Shown piece by piece: positions 51,230 through 60,616 of a stretch of 64,000 nucleotides of DNA. Each line of letters starts with the position of its first letter. Within the stretch, counting starts at the first letter, position 1. Origin of the DNA: an uncultured Verrucomicrobiae bacterium (lineage in GTDB: Bacteria; Chlamydiota; Chlamydiia; Chlamydiales; Rhabdochlamydiaceae); the NCBI GenBank assembly GCA_963718565.1, contig OY970364.1:992001-1056000 (forward strand). The letters run 5' to 3'. The notes under the pieces were generated by a model that made no database searches, was not told the origin of the DNA, and was given only the letters and a program-made list of their open reading frames with translations. Position numbers and translations under genes: made by a program.

Positions 51230-51631
51230 CTAATCTGGTTTATACAAACAGTCACGATCACGAGCCTTAGCAGTAAGCTGTTTGGCTGTGGCTTTTATTC
51301 TGCTTTCAGAAGAAAGTTTGGAAAAATTAATGAGGGAATGAGACTTATCCTGAACAGGAGCTTCAATTGGGTCGCTTTCGATTGACAACGAGTCCAGTAT
51401 CGATACTTCTTCAACAGTTACCCCCCATACTCCTATTGACTGTAAGTTTTTTCCTTTTGTATGGAGATCAAAAGCCTCACGAGCTGAGGTCATAGAGCTA
51501 CGATTTACAGAAAGTTTCTTGTCATCCTTTTCTGTTGGTAAAAAGGCTTGGCTAGTCACACGAGATTCCCTAATGAAATTAGGATGCACCTGTCTCAAAA
51601 GAAGCTCATCTTGATCTTCAAAGGGGGCCAT
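51230..51631 (-). CDS. Hypothetical protein, possible ADP-ribosyltransferase-like fold
   Basis: LLRQVHP..SQAF..KLSV..HSLI pattern; the fold assignment is inference. Confidence 0.6.
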   Translation of the reverse strand: MAPFEDQDELLLRQVHPNFIRESRVTSQAFLPTEKDDKKLSVNRSSMTSAREAFDLHTKGKNLQSIGVWGVTVEEVSILDSLSIESDPIEAPVQDKSHSLINFSKLSSESRIKATAKQLTAKARDRDCLYKPD

Positions 51632-51650
51632 AAAAGAGCTCTCATTATTT

Positions 51651-52793
51651 CTATTCGTGAATTTTACGCAATAAGTTATTCAAGAATTGCTTTGCTTTTT
51701 CAATGGATTCTTGATCTTGTAAAAACAACCTATCTTCCTGAACCGCTTGTGAATTAACGTGGGCCGCGTGTAAAACTACTGCTTTTTGAGCTGGCAGAAA
51801 TGAAAATGAGGTGTCCCAGTAACCAAGAGACCACTCACACTCGATTACGCCATGATCAGCGGGATAAATAAAAGGTGCCGGAATATCGCCAGCTTTTAAA
51901 AGATTTTCGAGCCATTCTCGCACAACAACAACATCTGATTGCCTAAACGTTTCTCCACTGCCATCTAGCCAGCCTTTTTTTAAATCCCCCAGGGTGTCAA
52001 ATTGTGCCTTGGGATTTGGAAAGAATTCGGGGATGCCCTCTTGATAAACAATAAGATGTTGCAGTTTTTTGATTTCAGCTACAGAACCATCCGGTTGATA
52101 CCTAGCTAATCCCACTAGTGTCACTGCGATGTCTTGTTTTTTGTACTTGGGAGCGATATCTCTCAGCAGCATATCAAATGAGGGGTCAAGAGGTCCTTCG
52201 ATAGCTTGACCATCTTCAAGCACAACAAATAATTTTCTTTTTTCAGCCTCAAATCCAGATATAGAGCCGGTGAGATAGCAAACATCAAGATAAGGTCTTT
52301 TATTGATAGACAGAATTTTCGATCGAATTTCTTTAGAGTAGATAGATGAAGTATTTTTTCTAGGTATCCGTAATTCTATAGAATCGCCCTGGTCCAGACT
52401 TTTGCCCAAGTCCTCAAAAAGAGAGATAACTTTCTTAGGAAATTTTTCAAACGGTTTCTGAGTGCTAACTGAAGAAATGAACTCATTTAGTAAATCACGA
52501 GCTTGATCAAACTCATCTTCTTCCTTATGTTCACTTTCAAATTCACGGGACAAAACAGATACAACGCTTCCAGGTTCAATGTCAGTTAGACTTAATTTGA
52601 AACGTTCTTGAAAGGCTTTTGGAAGACGCGTCTTACCTTTATGAGTGGAAAAATACAGTTCCTTTGCTATTGCACGAATAATGGCCTCGTAAGCCATGAA
52701 ATCAGGAAATGCCTGAATAGGCAGATGATGATTAGTAAAACGATCTCCTTTGAACACGGGTTCAATGAATGGAATCGAAAAATCTTTTTTCAT
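51651..52793 (-). CDS. Hypothetical protein, partner of 51230-51631
   Basis: 380-aa ORF 19 bp upstream of the small ORF; C-terminal LKKGWLDGSG..PFIYP..G.IECEW domain. Confidence 0.8.
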   Translation of the reverse strand: MKKDFSIPFIEPVFKGDRFTNHHLPIQAFPDFMAYEAIIRAIAKELYFSTHKGKTRLPKAFQERFKLSLTDIEPGSVVSVLSREFESEHKEEDEFDQARDLLNEFISSVSTQKPFEKFPKKVISLFEDLGKSLDQGDSIELRIPRKNTSSIYSKEIRSKILSINKRPYLDVCYLTGSISGFEAEKRKLFVVLEDGQAIEGPLDPSFDMLLRDIAPKYKKQDIAVTLVGLARYQPDGSVAEIKKLQHLIVYQEGIPEFFPNPKAQFDTLGDLKKGWLDGSGETFRQSDVVVVREWLENLLKAGDIPAPFIYPADHGVIECEWSLGYWDTSFSFLPAQKAVVLHAAHVNSQAVQEDRLFLQDQESIEKAKQFLNNLLRKIHE

Positions 52794-53099
52794 GCTCTAA
52801 CGTGCCTAATATTTAGACTCCTCAGCCCTACGCGAACTGATCAGTCATGTTGCAAAAAGGGTATCAACAAAGCTAAAAAATTGCATCCAATAAAAACCAC
52901 CGAGTGTACCTCAAATCTCTAATCTTCGTGAATCGTGAAATTCTCCTTACGACCTTCTTCTGCGGATGGGCTAGAAGGAGGAAGCAATCTGTTGTAACTT
53001 ACTATAAGAGATTTACTCGAATAGCCCACCGGTTTTCATACGATCCAAACCATCTAAATCGATAGCTATTGCGCTGCCTCTGCACCGCACGGTTCAAAT

Positions 53100-56000
53100 C
53101 TATAGTTTTGCGTTACTCATGCGAGCCTTTAATCCTTCATAAAGTTGTGCAGGTCCCAGTAAAACATCTTTTAGGCCTTGACGCACCTTTGGCGAATCCA
53201 AAGCCTGTCTGCTCATAGTAGAATGTGCACTAAGAGCATCCATGATCGCCATTTCAATTCCCCTAGCCAAATCGGATGAATTAGCAAACTGCTCTTTGGA
53301 ATTACTTGCTGCCTGCTGCATCAAGGTTGTTGATTCCATCAGTTTTCCCTTGATCACGTTATTGACATACACCAGCTTATCCTCATCTGTCAGTTCCCCA
53401 TCAAATAAGTCATTCACCTGTTCGATAATTTCGATAAGGAATGCTTTTTCCTTTGTTTGTACAGAACCTGAGCCGGATTCTGTAATCGGTTGTAATTTAG
53501 TAGGCTCACTATCTCCTAGTGGCAAATCGCTCTTACCCTGATTTTTTAGATTGTGATGAGTGAGGACGATTTTTGAGAGGTCGATCCCTTCGCGCTCACG
53601 TCCAAACTCTAGCAGAGGAAGTAGTCGTTTGTAAAAAATGAACCGCTTTTCAATAGCAGTGTTTCCATAATCAAAAATTTGAGAAAGAAATGTGTACATA
53701 TGCTGAAATGATCCAATATCGCGTTTGAAAAGTTCCAATGCATTCAGTTCATTTTGGGCCTTTTCTTCACCTACCAAATCCTCTGCTGCCTTGGCTAACT
53801 TGAGTTCCTCTTGAGCCTTTTTGTAATTCCTCAAGAGTCGATATGCAACAGGTTCCAATGCTTTAAAGAGTTCGCTCTGTTTAGCAAGAGGATTTAATGC
53901 CACCTCAATTACGCGATCGACATCAGAATCATCATAGTATCCCGCCTGATCCAACTTAGCGCGCAAATTGAACACTAAATTCGGATCCGTGACGTCTTCC
54001 AGTTCCGCTGTAGTGTGATATGTTTTGAATGCATCCAGGACCTCTATCACATTGTTCACAAAATCCAATACATAGGTCGTTTCCTTACCGGAATGGGCCC
54101 GATTTAGACGAGAAAGCGTTTGAACCGCCTGGATTCCTCCCAATTTCTTATCCACGTACATACCGCATAACAAGCTTTGATCGAAACCCGTTTGGAATTT
54201 ATTGGCAACCAGCAGGATTTGATATTCGTCAGTGGCGAAGGCTTCGCTTATCTCTCGTCCACGCAAATTAGGATTTAATGCCTTATTGTTTTCTGTAAAG
54301 GGGTCGGGACCGGATTCTATATCGATGACTTCCCCAGAAAATGCCACTAGAGTACCGATTTTATACCCCTCGCCGCGGATATATCGATCTATGGCCAACT
54401 TCCAACGTACCGCCTCAACGCGACTTCCTACAACCACCATAGCCTTGGCTTGACCATTTAGCAAAGGTGCGACATTTTCGCGGTAGTGTTCTACAACGAT
54501 TTGGACTTTTTGAGAGATGTTATAGGGATGCAGCCGTACCCAGCGCATGATGTCTTTTTTTGCAGTACTCCGTTCAATTTCCTTTTCATCATATTCCTGA
54601 CCATCATTTGCCAATTTGAATGCCAATTTATAAGGCATATAGTTTTTCAGTACATCAAGTATAAATCGCTCTTCAATCGCTTGGCGCATGGTATAGACAT
54701 GAAAGAGCATGGGTAGATTATCGGGTCCAGCTGGACAATCAGGGCGAGGGCGACGGCCGAATAATTCGATGGTTTTCGCCTTAGGCGTAGCCGTAAAGGC
54801 TATATAGGTAATGCCCACCTCTTTAGCACGAGCTGCCATTTGGGCTGTTAATAAATCTTCAGTGCTGACTCCGCCTCCGTCTTGCAATTCTTGAAGTTCC
54901 TCTGATGACAGTACTGCTTTCAATTTGGCGGCAGCTTCCCCCGTTTGTGACGAGTGGGCTTCATCAGCGATCACTGCAAAGCTTTTACCCTGAGTCGCAA
55001 GCTTCTGCACAGTCTTGAGGGCATGAGGGAATGTTTGAATTGTACACACTACGATTTTCTTATCGCCAGATAAGGCCTGAGCCAGTTCTTCGCTCTTGCT
55101 CGCACCTTCTCCCTTAATAGTTGCAACAACCCCGGTAGTGCGCTCGAATTCAAATATTGCTTCCTGTAACTGAGTATCAATCACGTTACGATCTGACACC
55201 ACAAGAATCGAGTCAAAAAGCTTTTTGTTCTGTGAATCATGCAAGTCGGCAAGAAAATGTGCTGACCATGCGATAGAATTGGTTTTTCCTGATCCAGCGG
55301 AGTGTTGGATGAGATATTTACCGCCTGGTCCTTCTTGTAATACAGCAGCGACAAGTTTGCGAGTGGCATCCAGTTGATGAAAGCGGGGAAAGACAACACT
55401 TTCGATCTGTTTCTTGCCATTCTTGTGGGTCACGAGATAACGGCCCAGTATTTCGAGCCAGCTATCTCTAGACAAGACATTTTCCCACAGGTAAGCAGTG
55501 CAGTGGCCATGCTCATTCAGGGGGTTTCCAGCCGCACCATCAGGACACCCTTGATTAAAAGGCAGAAATCGAGTCACTGCGCCTTCCAACTTTGTAGTCA
55601 TGCGTACTTCTCTATTGCTCACAGCAAAATGGACTAGCGCCCCATTCGGGAATGATAGTAGCGGTTCCGCGGCATGTCCTTGAGGTTTTGGAAGGCGATC
55701 GAAACGATACTGATCTACCGCGTCCTCGACGCTCTGCGTAAAATCAGTTTTAAGCTCAATAGTGGCTACTGGAAGTCCATTCAGGAAGAGTACTAGATCG
55801 ATACAGCTTTCGTTATGCAGCGAATAACGCACCTGTCGTATCACGCGCAGACGATTTGCATTGTATTTGGCCAGAATGTCAGAATTTAAGGTGTGTGCTG
55901 GTTTAAATTGTGCCAGGTTCAATGGCTGACGTGCCCCGTGTATTTCAAAGCCATGTCGCAATATCTCCAGCGTGCCACGTGTATCCAGTTGAGCACGTAG

Positions 56001-56219
56001 CCGTGTGACCAATATCTCGCCGGCTTGTGGGCCGTGGCTTTTAACGAGAGTTTCCCATGCATTAGGCTGAGTAGACTGGACCCATCCGATCACGTCATAG
56101 GGATACAGAGCTCTAGCCCGGTCGTATCGGAAGGCATCGTCCTCAGCATAGAGCCAGCCGTGAGCGGCCAGATGGTCACAAATTTCTTTCTCAAAGCTTA
56201 TTTCATTATGTAGGCTCAT
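53100..56219 (-). CDS. hsdR: Type I restriction subunit R
   Basis: IDLVLFLNGLPVATIELK, QHSAGSGKT, IADEAHSSQ, FTATPK, KFQTGFD, VQTLSRLNR. Confidence 0.95.
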   Translation of the reverse strand: MSLHNEISFEKEICDHLAAHGWLYAEDDAFRYDRARALYPYDVIGWVQSTQPNAWETLVKSHGPQAGEILVTRLRAQLDTRGTLEILRHGFEIHGARQPLNLAQFKPAHTLNSDILAKYNANRLRVIRQVRYSLHNESCIDLVLFLNGLPVATIELKTDFTQSVEDAVDQYRFDRLPKPQGHAAEPLLSFPNGALVHFAVSNREVRMTTKLEGAVTRFLPFNQGCPDGAAGNPLNEHGHCTAYLWENVLSRDSWLEILGRYLVTHKNGKKQIESVVFPRFHQLDATRKLVAAVLQEGPGGKYLIQHSAGSGKTNSIAWSAHFLADLHDSQNKKLFDSILVVSDRNVIDTQLQEAIFEFERTTGVVATIKGEGASKSEELAQALSGDKKIVVCTIQTFPHALKTVQKLATQGKSFAVIADEAHSSQTGEAAAKLKAVLSSEELQELQDGGGVSTEDLLTAQMAARAKEVGITYIAFTATPKAKTIELFGRRPRPDCPAGPDNLPMLFHVYTMRQAIEERFILDVLKNYMPYKLAFKLANDGQEYDEKEIERSTAKKDIMRWVRLHPYNISQKVQIVVEHYRENVAPLLNGQAKAMVVVGSRVEAVRWKLAIDRYIRGEGYKIGTLVAFSGEVIDIESGPDPFTENNKALNPNLRGREISEAFATDEYQILLVANKFQTGFDQSLLCGMYVDKKLGGIQAVQTLSRLNRAHSGKETTYVLDFVNNVIEVLDAFKTYHTTAELEDVTDPNLVFNLRAKLDQAGYYDDSDVDRVIEVALNPLAKQSELFKALEPVAYRLLRNYKKAQEELKLAKAAEDLVGEEKAQNELNALELFKRDIGSFQHMYTFLSQIFDYGNTAIEKRFIFYKRLLPLLEFGREREGIDLSKIVLTHHNLKNQGKSDLPLGDSEPTKLQPITESGSGSVQTKEKAFLIEIIEQVNDLFDGELTDEDKLVYVNNVIKGKLMESTTLMQQAASNSKEQFANSSDLARGIEMAIMDALSAHSTMSRQALDSPKVRQGLKDVLLGPAQLYEGLKARMSNAKL

Positions 56220-58600
56220 GGAGTCTCCTGCTGGACGAGTTGGCGCACATCGATTTTACCAGTCACTGCAGCGGAGATGAGGGCCTTACGCTGTTCTTGG
56301 AAGAGGGTGAGAACCGTATTAAATTCAGTTATGAGAGCATCGGTTTTGGCAAGAAATGCAGCAATCGCTGCTTGTTCGGAAAGAGGAGGGGAAGGGATGA
56401 GAATATTCTTCATTTCAGAGAAATGAGTACTCCAGAGATCAGCTGCAATTCCTTTGCCATTCCTGTAAAATTCATCTTGAAAGGGGGGGCTTCTTAATAA
56501 ATAGTGCGTAAAATATTTCGTTATATCAATAGGTTGAAGAACAATGTTAATAAGAGACACTGACCCGTCTTGCGAGGCTATGCCTGAAGATCCTTTGCGA
56601 TCTGAACGACTATTAATTACAAAATCTCCAGAACAAACTTTTTTTCGATTATCACCATCATCAGTTTTTACTGCTGTATCCAATTGCGGCACCACACCAT
56701 TTTTAGTTACTGACAATGGCATATATTCAGTATCACTGACCTTTTCGCGACGTTCATGAAAAAAAGTTCCCAGGCGATCCACATTCCAATGTTCCGGCAC
56801 ATTTTCTAACCATCCCACCCCGCTGTCTTTATATTGTTCATACTCCTTAAAACTCGTGGGTGTTTCTATATTTTTAAGCATCTCTAAAATTCGATGGGTC
56901 GCATTTTTCAGCTCAGCATCAATCACCTCAAGCTTTCTAAATGGTTTAAATACATAAAAGTGACGATTAAACGGGATTTCGTATCCTATCTTAGTTTTTC
57001 CATGATTAATCCAGGCTTTTGGGCTACGGGGCAAAATTTCTTTCCTAAAATATTCTTCTATGTTTTCAACTAGAGGGACGTTTTCCGTAGCTCTCAGCTC
57101 AATATTTGGAAGTTGGTTACCTTTCTGTTTCCCTTTAGTACCTATTACTACATTTCCTCTCTCATCATGCATCGGCTGTTCAACTGTGATTGCCCTATAT
57201 CCAAACTCTTCGTTTTTGAAGATTTTGCTTGATAAAACCCCGGCTTTTTCAGTCTCTACAAAATCACCAAATAATCGTGTTATTTCGACAACCTGCTCAT
57301 CATTTAGTTCTTTACGTTTTTCACCAACGCATTTGTGCATTTTTTGCCAAAAATTGCTGGCATCAATCAGTTGAACTTTGCCTTTTCTTTCTTGGGTTTT
57401 GCGGTTGGAGAGAATCCAGATATAAGTGGGGAGGCCTGTGTTATAGAACATGTCCGTGGGTAATGCGATTATTGCTTCTAATAAATCATTCTCGAGCACA
57501 TACCTACGTATTTCACTTTCGCCTGAGCCGGCATCTCCAGTATGAAGAGAAGAGCTGTTTAGAACGATGCCGATTTTGCTGCCGCCATCTTTCGCTGGTC
57601 GCATTTTGGAAATGAGGTGGAGAAGAAAAAGAAGAGAACCATCGCTGACTCTCGGCAAACCAGGACCAAATCGTCCGCTGAAGCCTTGGGTTTCGTGTTC
57701 TTTGCGAACTTCCTTTTCGACTTTTTTCCATTCTACGCCAAAAGGAGGATTAGAGAGCATATAGTCAAATACCTTATGAGGGTGACCATCCTTGGAAAGG
57801 GTGTTATCGTAGATAATATTAGCGATTTCCTGTCCCTTGATGAGCATGTCAGCTTTGCAAATTGCGTACGATTCGGGATTGAGTTCTTGGCCGTATACGG
57901 TAAGTTGAGCTTGTGGATTGTGTCCTGCGAGATGTTCGCTGGCTACCGATAACATACCACCTGTACCAGCTGTAGGGTCATAAAGAGTCCGTACTACGCC
58001 TGATTTAGACAAAATTTCATCATCTTCGATGAATAACAAGTTGACCATGAGCTTGATAACTTCGCGCGGGGTAAAATGTTCTCCGGCAGTCTCGTTAGAG
58101 ATTTCCGCATAGTTGCGAAGTAGTTCTTCAAAGATCAGTCCCATCTGGGTATTGTCCACTGATTCCGGATGTAGATCTATTTTTGCAAATTTTTCAGCCA
58201 CTTGATACAAGAGGGCGTATTTATTAAGGCGTTCGATTTGAGTAAAGAAGTCAAAGTGCTCGAAGATATCGCGCACTGAAGATGAGAAGCCTTGAATGTA
58301 AGCGAACAAATTTTCTTTGATATGATCTGTGTCTCCCATAAGTTTTTTCATATCCAAGGGCGAGGTATTATAAAAACTCTGCCCAGACTTGCGCAGCAAG
58401 AACAACTCGGGGTTCACCTCAGCTTTTTGTTTATTAGAGAGCTCCGTCAGCACAGCTTCCTTGGTAGGGTTGAGTACACAATCCATCCGGCGCAGTACCG
58501 TAAAGGGTAGGATGACCTTCCCGTAATCGGATTGTTTGTATTCGCCACGTAATAAATCAGCTATAGACAAAATGAAAGAAGAAAGTGATTGATGATTCAT
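56216..58600 (-). CDS. hsdM: Type I methyltransferase HsdM fused in frame to a half-length (single-TRD) HsdS
   Basis: GEHFTPRE, YDPTAGTGGML, SNPPFG, KIGYEIPFNRHFY, then from about 56860 YKDSGVGWL..VPEHW, one TRD, PPLSEQAAIAAFL, QRKALISAAVTGKIDVR. Confidence 0.93.
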   Translation of the reverse strand: MNHQSLSSFILSIADLLRGEYKQSDYGKVILPFTVLRRMDCVLNPTKEAVLTELSNKQKAEVNPELFLLRKSGQSFYNTSPLDMKKLMGDTDHIKENLFAYIQGFSSSVRDIFEHFDFFTQIERLNKYALLYQVAEKFAKIDLHPESVDNTQMGLIFEELLRNYAEISNETAGEHFTPREVIKLMVNLLFIEDDEILSKSGVVRTLYDPTAGTGGMLSVASEHLAGHNPQAQLTVYGQELNPESYAICKADMLIKGQEIANIIYDNTLSKDGHPHKVFDYMLSNPPFGVEWKKVEKEVRKEHETQGFSGRFGPGLPRVSDGSLLFLLHLISKMRPAKDGGSKIGIVLNSSSLHTGDAGSGESEIRRYVLENDLLEAIIALPTDMFYNTGLPTYIWILSNRKTQERKGKVQLIDASNFWQKMHKCVGEKRKELNDEQVVEITRLFGDFVETEKAGVLSSKIFKNEEFGYRAITVEQPMHDERGNVVIGTKGKQKGNQLPNIELRATENVPLVENIEEYFRKEILPRSPKAWINHGKTKIGYEIPFNRHFYVFKPFRKLEVIDAELKNATHRILEMLKNIETPTSFKEYEQYKDSGVGWLENVPEHWNVDRLGTFFHERREKVSDTEYMPLSVTKNGVVPQLDTAVKTDDGDNRKKVCSGDFVINSRSDRKGSSGIASQDGSVSLINIVLQPIDITKYFTHYLLRSPPFQDEFYRNGKGIAADLWSTHFSEMKNILIPSPPLSEQAAIAAFLAKTDALITEFNTVLTLFQEQRKALISAAVTGKIDVRQLVQQETP

Positions 58601-58816
58601 GTGCTAAAGCCTCACTCTTGATAAACTAATTTTTTCTTGAAAACAGACACTCTTTTATTTATGTAGTTCATTTCAAATTTTTGGATCAAGAAATGGATTT
58701 GTTGCGCAAATAGATTTCTGTCTGTTTATTTTGCTATTGCTTGATGTATAATACAATGACTTCGTAGATTAAATGTACATTAAATCATTATTTGACTATA
58801 TTGTTGATTTTTTATT

Positions 58817-59572
58817 ATGACTTATAATTCCGATCGTTCTAGAAATTTATTTTCTTCAAACGAGGCAAAGCCGTTCAAACTGAGTCGTTCGAAAATTCAG
58901 GACTTTCTCAACTGTCCACGCTGTTTTTATCTCGATCGGAAATGTGGCACAGGCCGCCCACCCTCCTATCCATTCACTCTCAATAACGCCGTCGATACCC
59001 TTCTAAAAAAAGAATTCGATAAATATAGAGCAGCCTGTGAGCCCCACCCTCTGATGATTGAGCATGGGGTCAATGCTATTCCCTTTACCCATCCTGACCT
59101 GGAAGCTTGGAGGCAAAATTTCAAAGGTGTGCAGTACACACATGAGCCAACAAAATTTACCGTTACCGGCGCCGTAGATGACCTGTGGATCAATTCGGTC
59201 GGAGAGCTGGTCATTGTGGATTACAAAGCGACTTCAACGACCAAAGAGATAACGCTCGATGAGGAGTACCGTAAAGCCTACAAGAAACAGATGGAGATCT
59301 ATCAATGGCTGCTGAGGCGAAAAGGGTTCCATGTGTCAAACACCGGTTATTTCGTTTATTGCAATGGAGATAGCTCCAAAGAATTATTTGGAAAGAAGCT
59401 TGAATTTTCGATCTTTGTTATTCCCTATACTGGGGATGATTCCTGGGTAGAACCGACTCTGTTTGAGATTCGCACATGTCTCGAATCGGATGAGTTCCCG
59501 CAAGTCACGGCGTCTTGCGATTTTTGCAATTATCGGGCAGCAGTTCGAAAGCATCTCAAAGACATAGAATAA
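58817..59572 (+). CDS. PD-(D/E)XK nuclease, Cas4/RecB-like with Cys cluster
   Basis: LSRSKI..CPRCFY, GAVDD, VDYKAT, QMEIY, CDFC. Confidence 0.88.
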   Translation: MTYNSDRSRNLFSSNEAKPFKLSRSKIQDFLNCPRCFYLDRKCGTGRPPSYPFTLNNAVDTLLKKEFDKYRAACEPHPLMIEHGVNAIPFTHPDLEAWRQNFKGVQYTHEPTKFTVTGAVDDLWINSVGELVIVDYKATSTTKEITLDEEYRKAYKKQMEIYQWLLRRKGFHVSNTGYFVYCNGDSSKELFGKKLEFSIFVIPYTGDDSWVEPTLFEIRTCLESDEFPQVTASCDFCNYRAAVRKHLKDIE

Positions 59573-59588
59573 AGTAGGGAACATTTGT

Positions 59589-59837
59589 TTAATTATCGAA
59601 CGATTGCAAAAGGTTTTTGCTGTGACGGATTAAAGTCATAGCCTCCCGGTGCAAGGCTCGGGCTTCTTGTGTGTTCCCACCATGTCGTAGGGCTGCCCGG
59701 CGAGCGCTCTCTTTTCCCTTTTTGGTTTTCGGCCCTCTTGAAGTTCCCCCGTGCATATGACAGGTATGCCTTCCGCGGACAGCCCATTTGAGGCACCCTT
59801 GCTTCGATCTTTTACTTTTTGCTGTACACCGAGCCAC
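59589..59837 (-). CDS. HGGxSTG-domain protein
   Basis: RCTAKSKRS..C..CHMHGGTSRGPKT..G. Confidence 0.88.
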   Translation of the reverse strand: MARCTAKSKRSKQGCLKWAVRGRHTCHMHGGTSRGPKTKKGKESARRAALRHGGNTQEARALHREAMTLIRHSKNLLQSFDN

Positions 59838-59852
59838 AATGATCCAAGGGGT

Positions 59853-60476
59853 TCAATTCTCGAATTTTTTCTGTACCCCCTCTCCTACCATCGGTGGAGA
59901 GAGACTTTGGGCTACTATTGCCTGCCCTTCATTGTAAAAGTGAACAACCTGAACTGTCTGCTGTCCGCCAGAGCGGTATTTTAGAACAGCCTGCATGGTT
60001 TGATTGGCCGTATTTAAAAGCTTGTTAGCCAAGTTAAAGAGCCTTTCCTGATGGTAGAATCCTTGGTCAGGTAGATTGGCCAACCTTAGGCACTTCATTC
60101 CTGAATCCTGAAGTGCGAGAAACTGACCAAATAGCATTGCTTCAGCTTCATCTTTGGGCCGTAAGGATGGCAGAAAAATTGATATTTCATTCAATCTGGT
60201 GTCATGTCTTTCCGCTGTCATTCCATATGCAATTTTTCTTAAGATTCCTTCTCCTATTGCCAAGTCAGTGGCCCCAGTTGTTCTTTTTAATGCCCTTGTT
60301 ATGCTCTGGGTATCCAGCTTGCTTCCATCCGATAGTTCAAGATGATCAAACTCATTTTTTCCTGTCTCAGGATTAAATTTATATTTCCATTTGAGAAAAG
60401 GTTGGTCACTTCCAGGGCTAATTACTCCTGGTGCCACCTCCTGTGAACTTCTGTTTACTTCATCGGGTTTGTTCAT
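59853..60476 (-). CDS. Hypothetical protein immediately upstream of the HGGxSTG gene
   Basis: PKDEAEAML..Q, KYRSGGQQTVQVVH..GQAIV; AAGGAG RBS. Confidence 0.8.
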   Translation of the reverse strand: MNKPDEVNRSSQEVAPGVISPGSDQPFLKWKYKFNPETGKNEFDHLELSDGSKLDTQSITRALKRTTGATDLAIGEGILRKIAYGMTAERHDTRLNEISIFLPSLRPKDEAEAMLFGQFLALQDSGMKCLRLANLPDQGFYHQERLFNLANKLLNTANQTMQAVLKYRSGGQQTVQVVHFYNEGQAIVAQSLSPPMVGEGVQKKFEN

Positions 60477-60616
60477 AATTTTGCTCCTTTAGTATGAGAA
60501 TCCAGTGGATCACGAGGTTCTCGTGGATCTGTTTGCATTCCCTTTCTGATTTTTCTTGTGAGCAATTCTTTTGCGACTCAAAAGAAAATGATCCACCAGA
60601 TCCTCGAGATCCTCGA

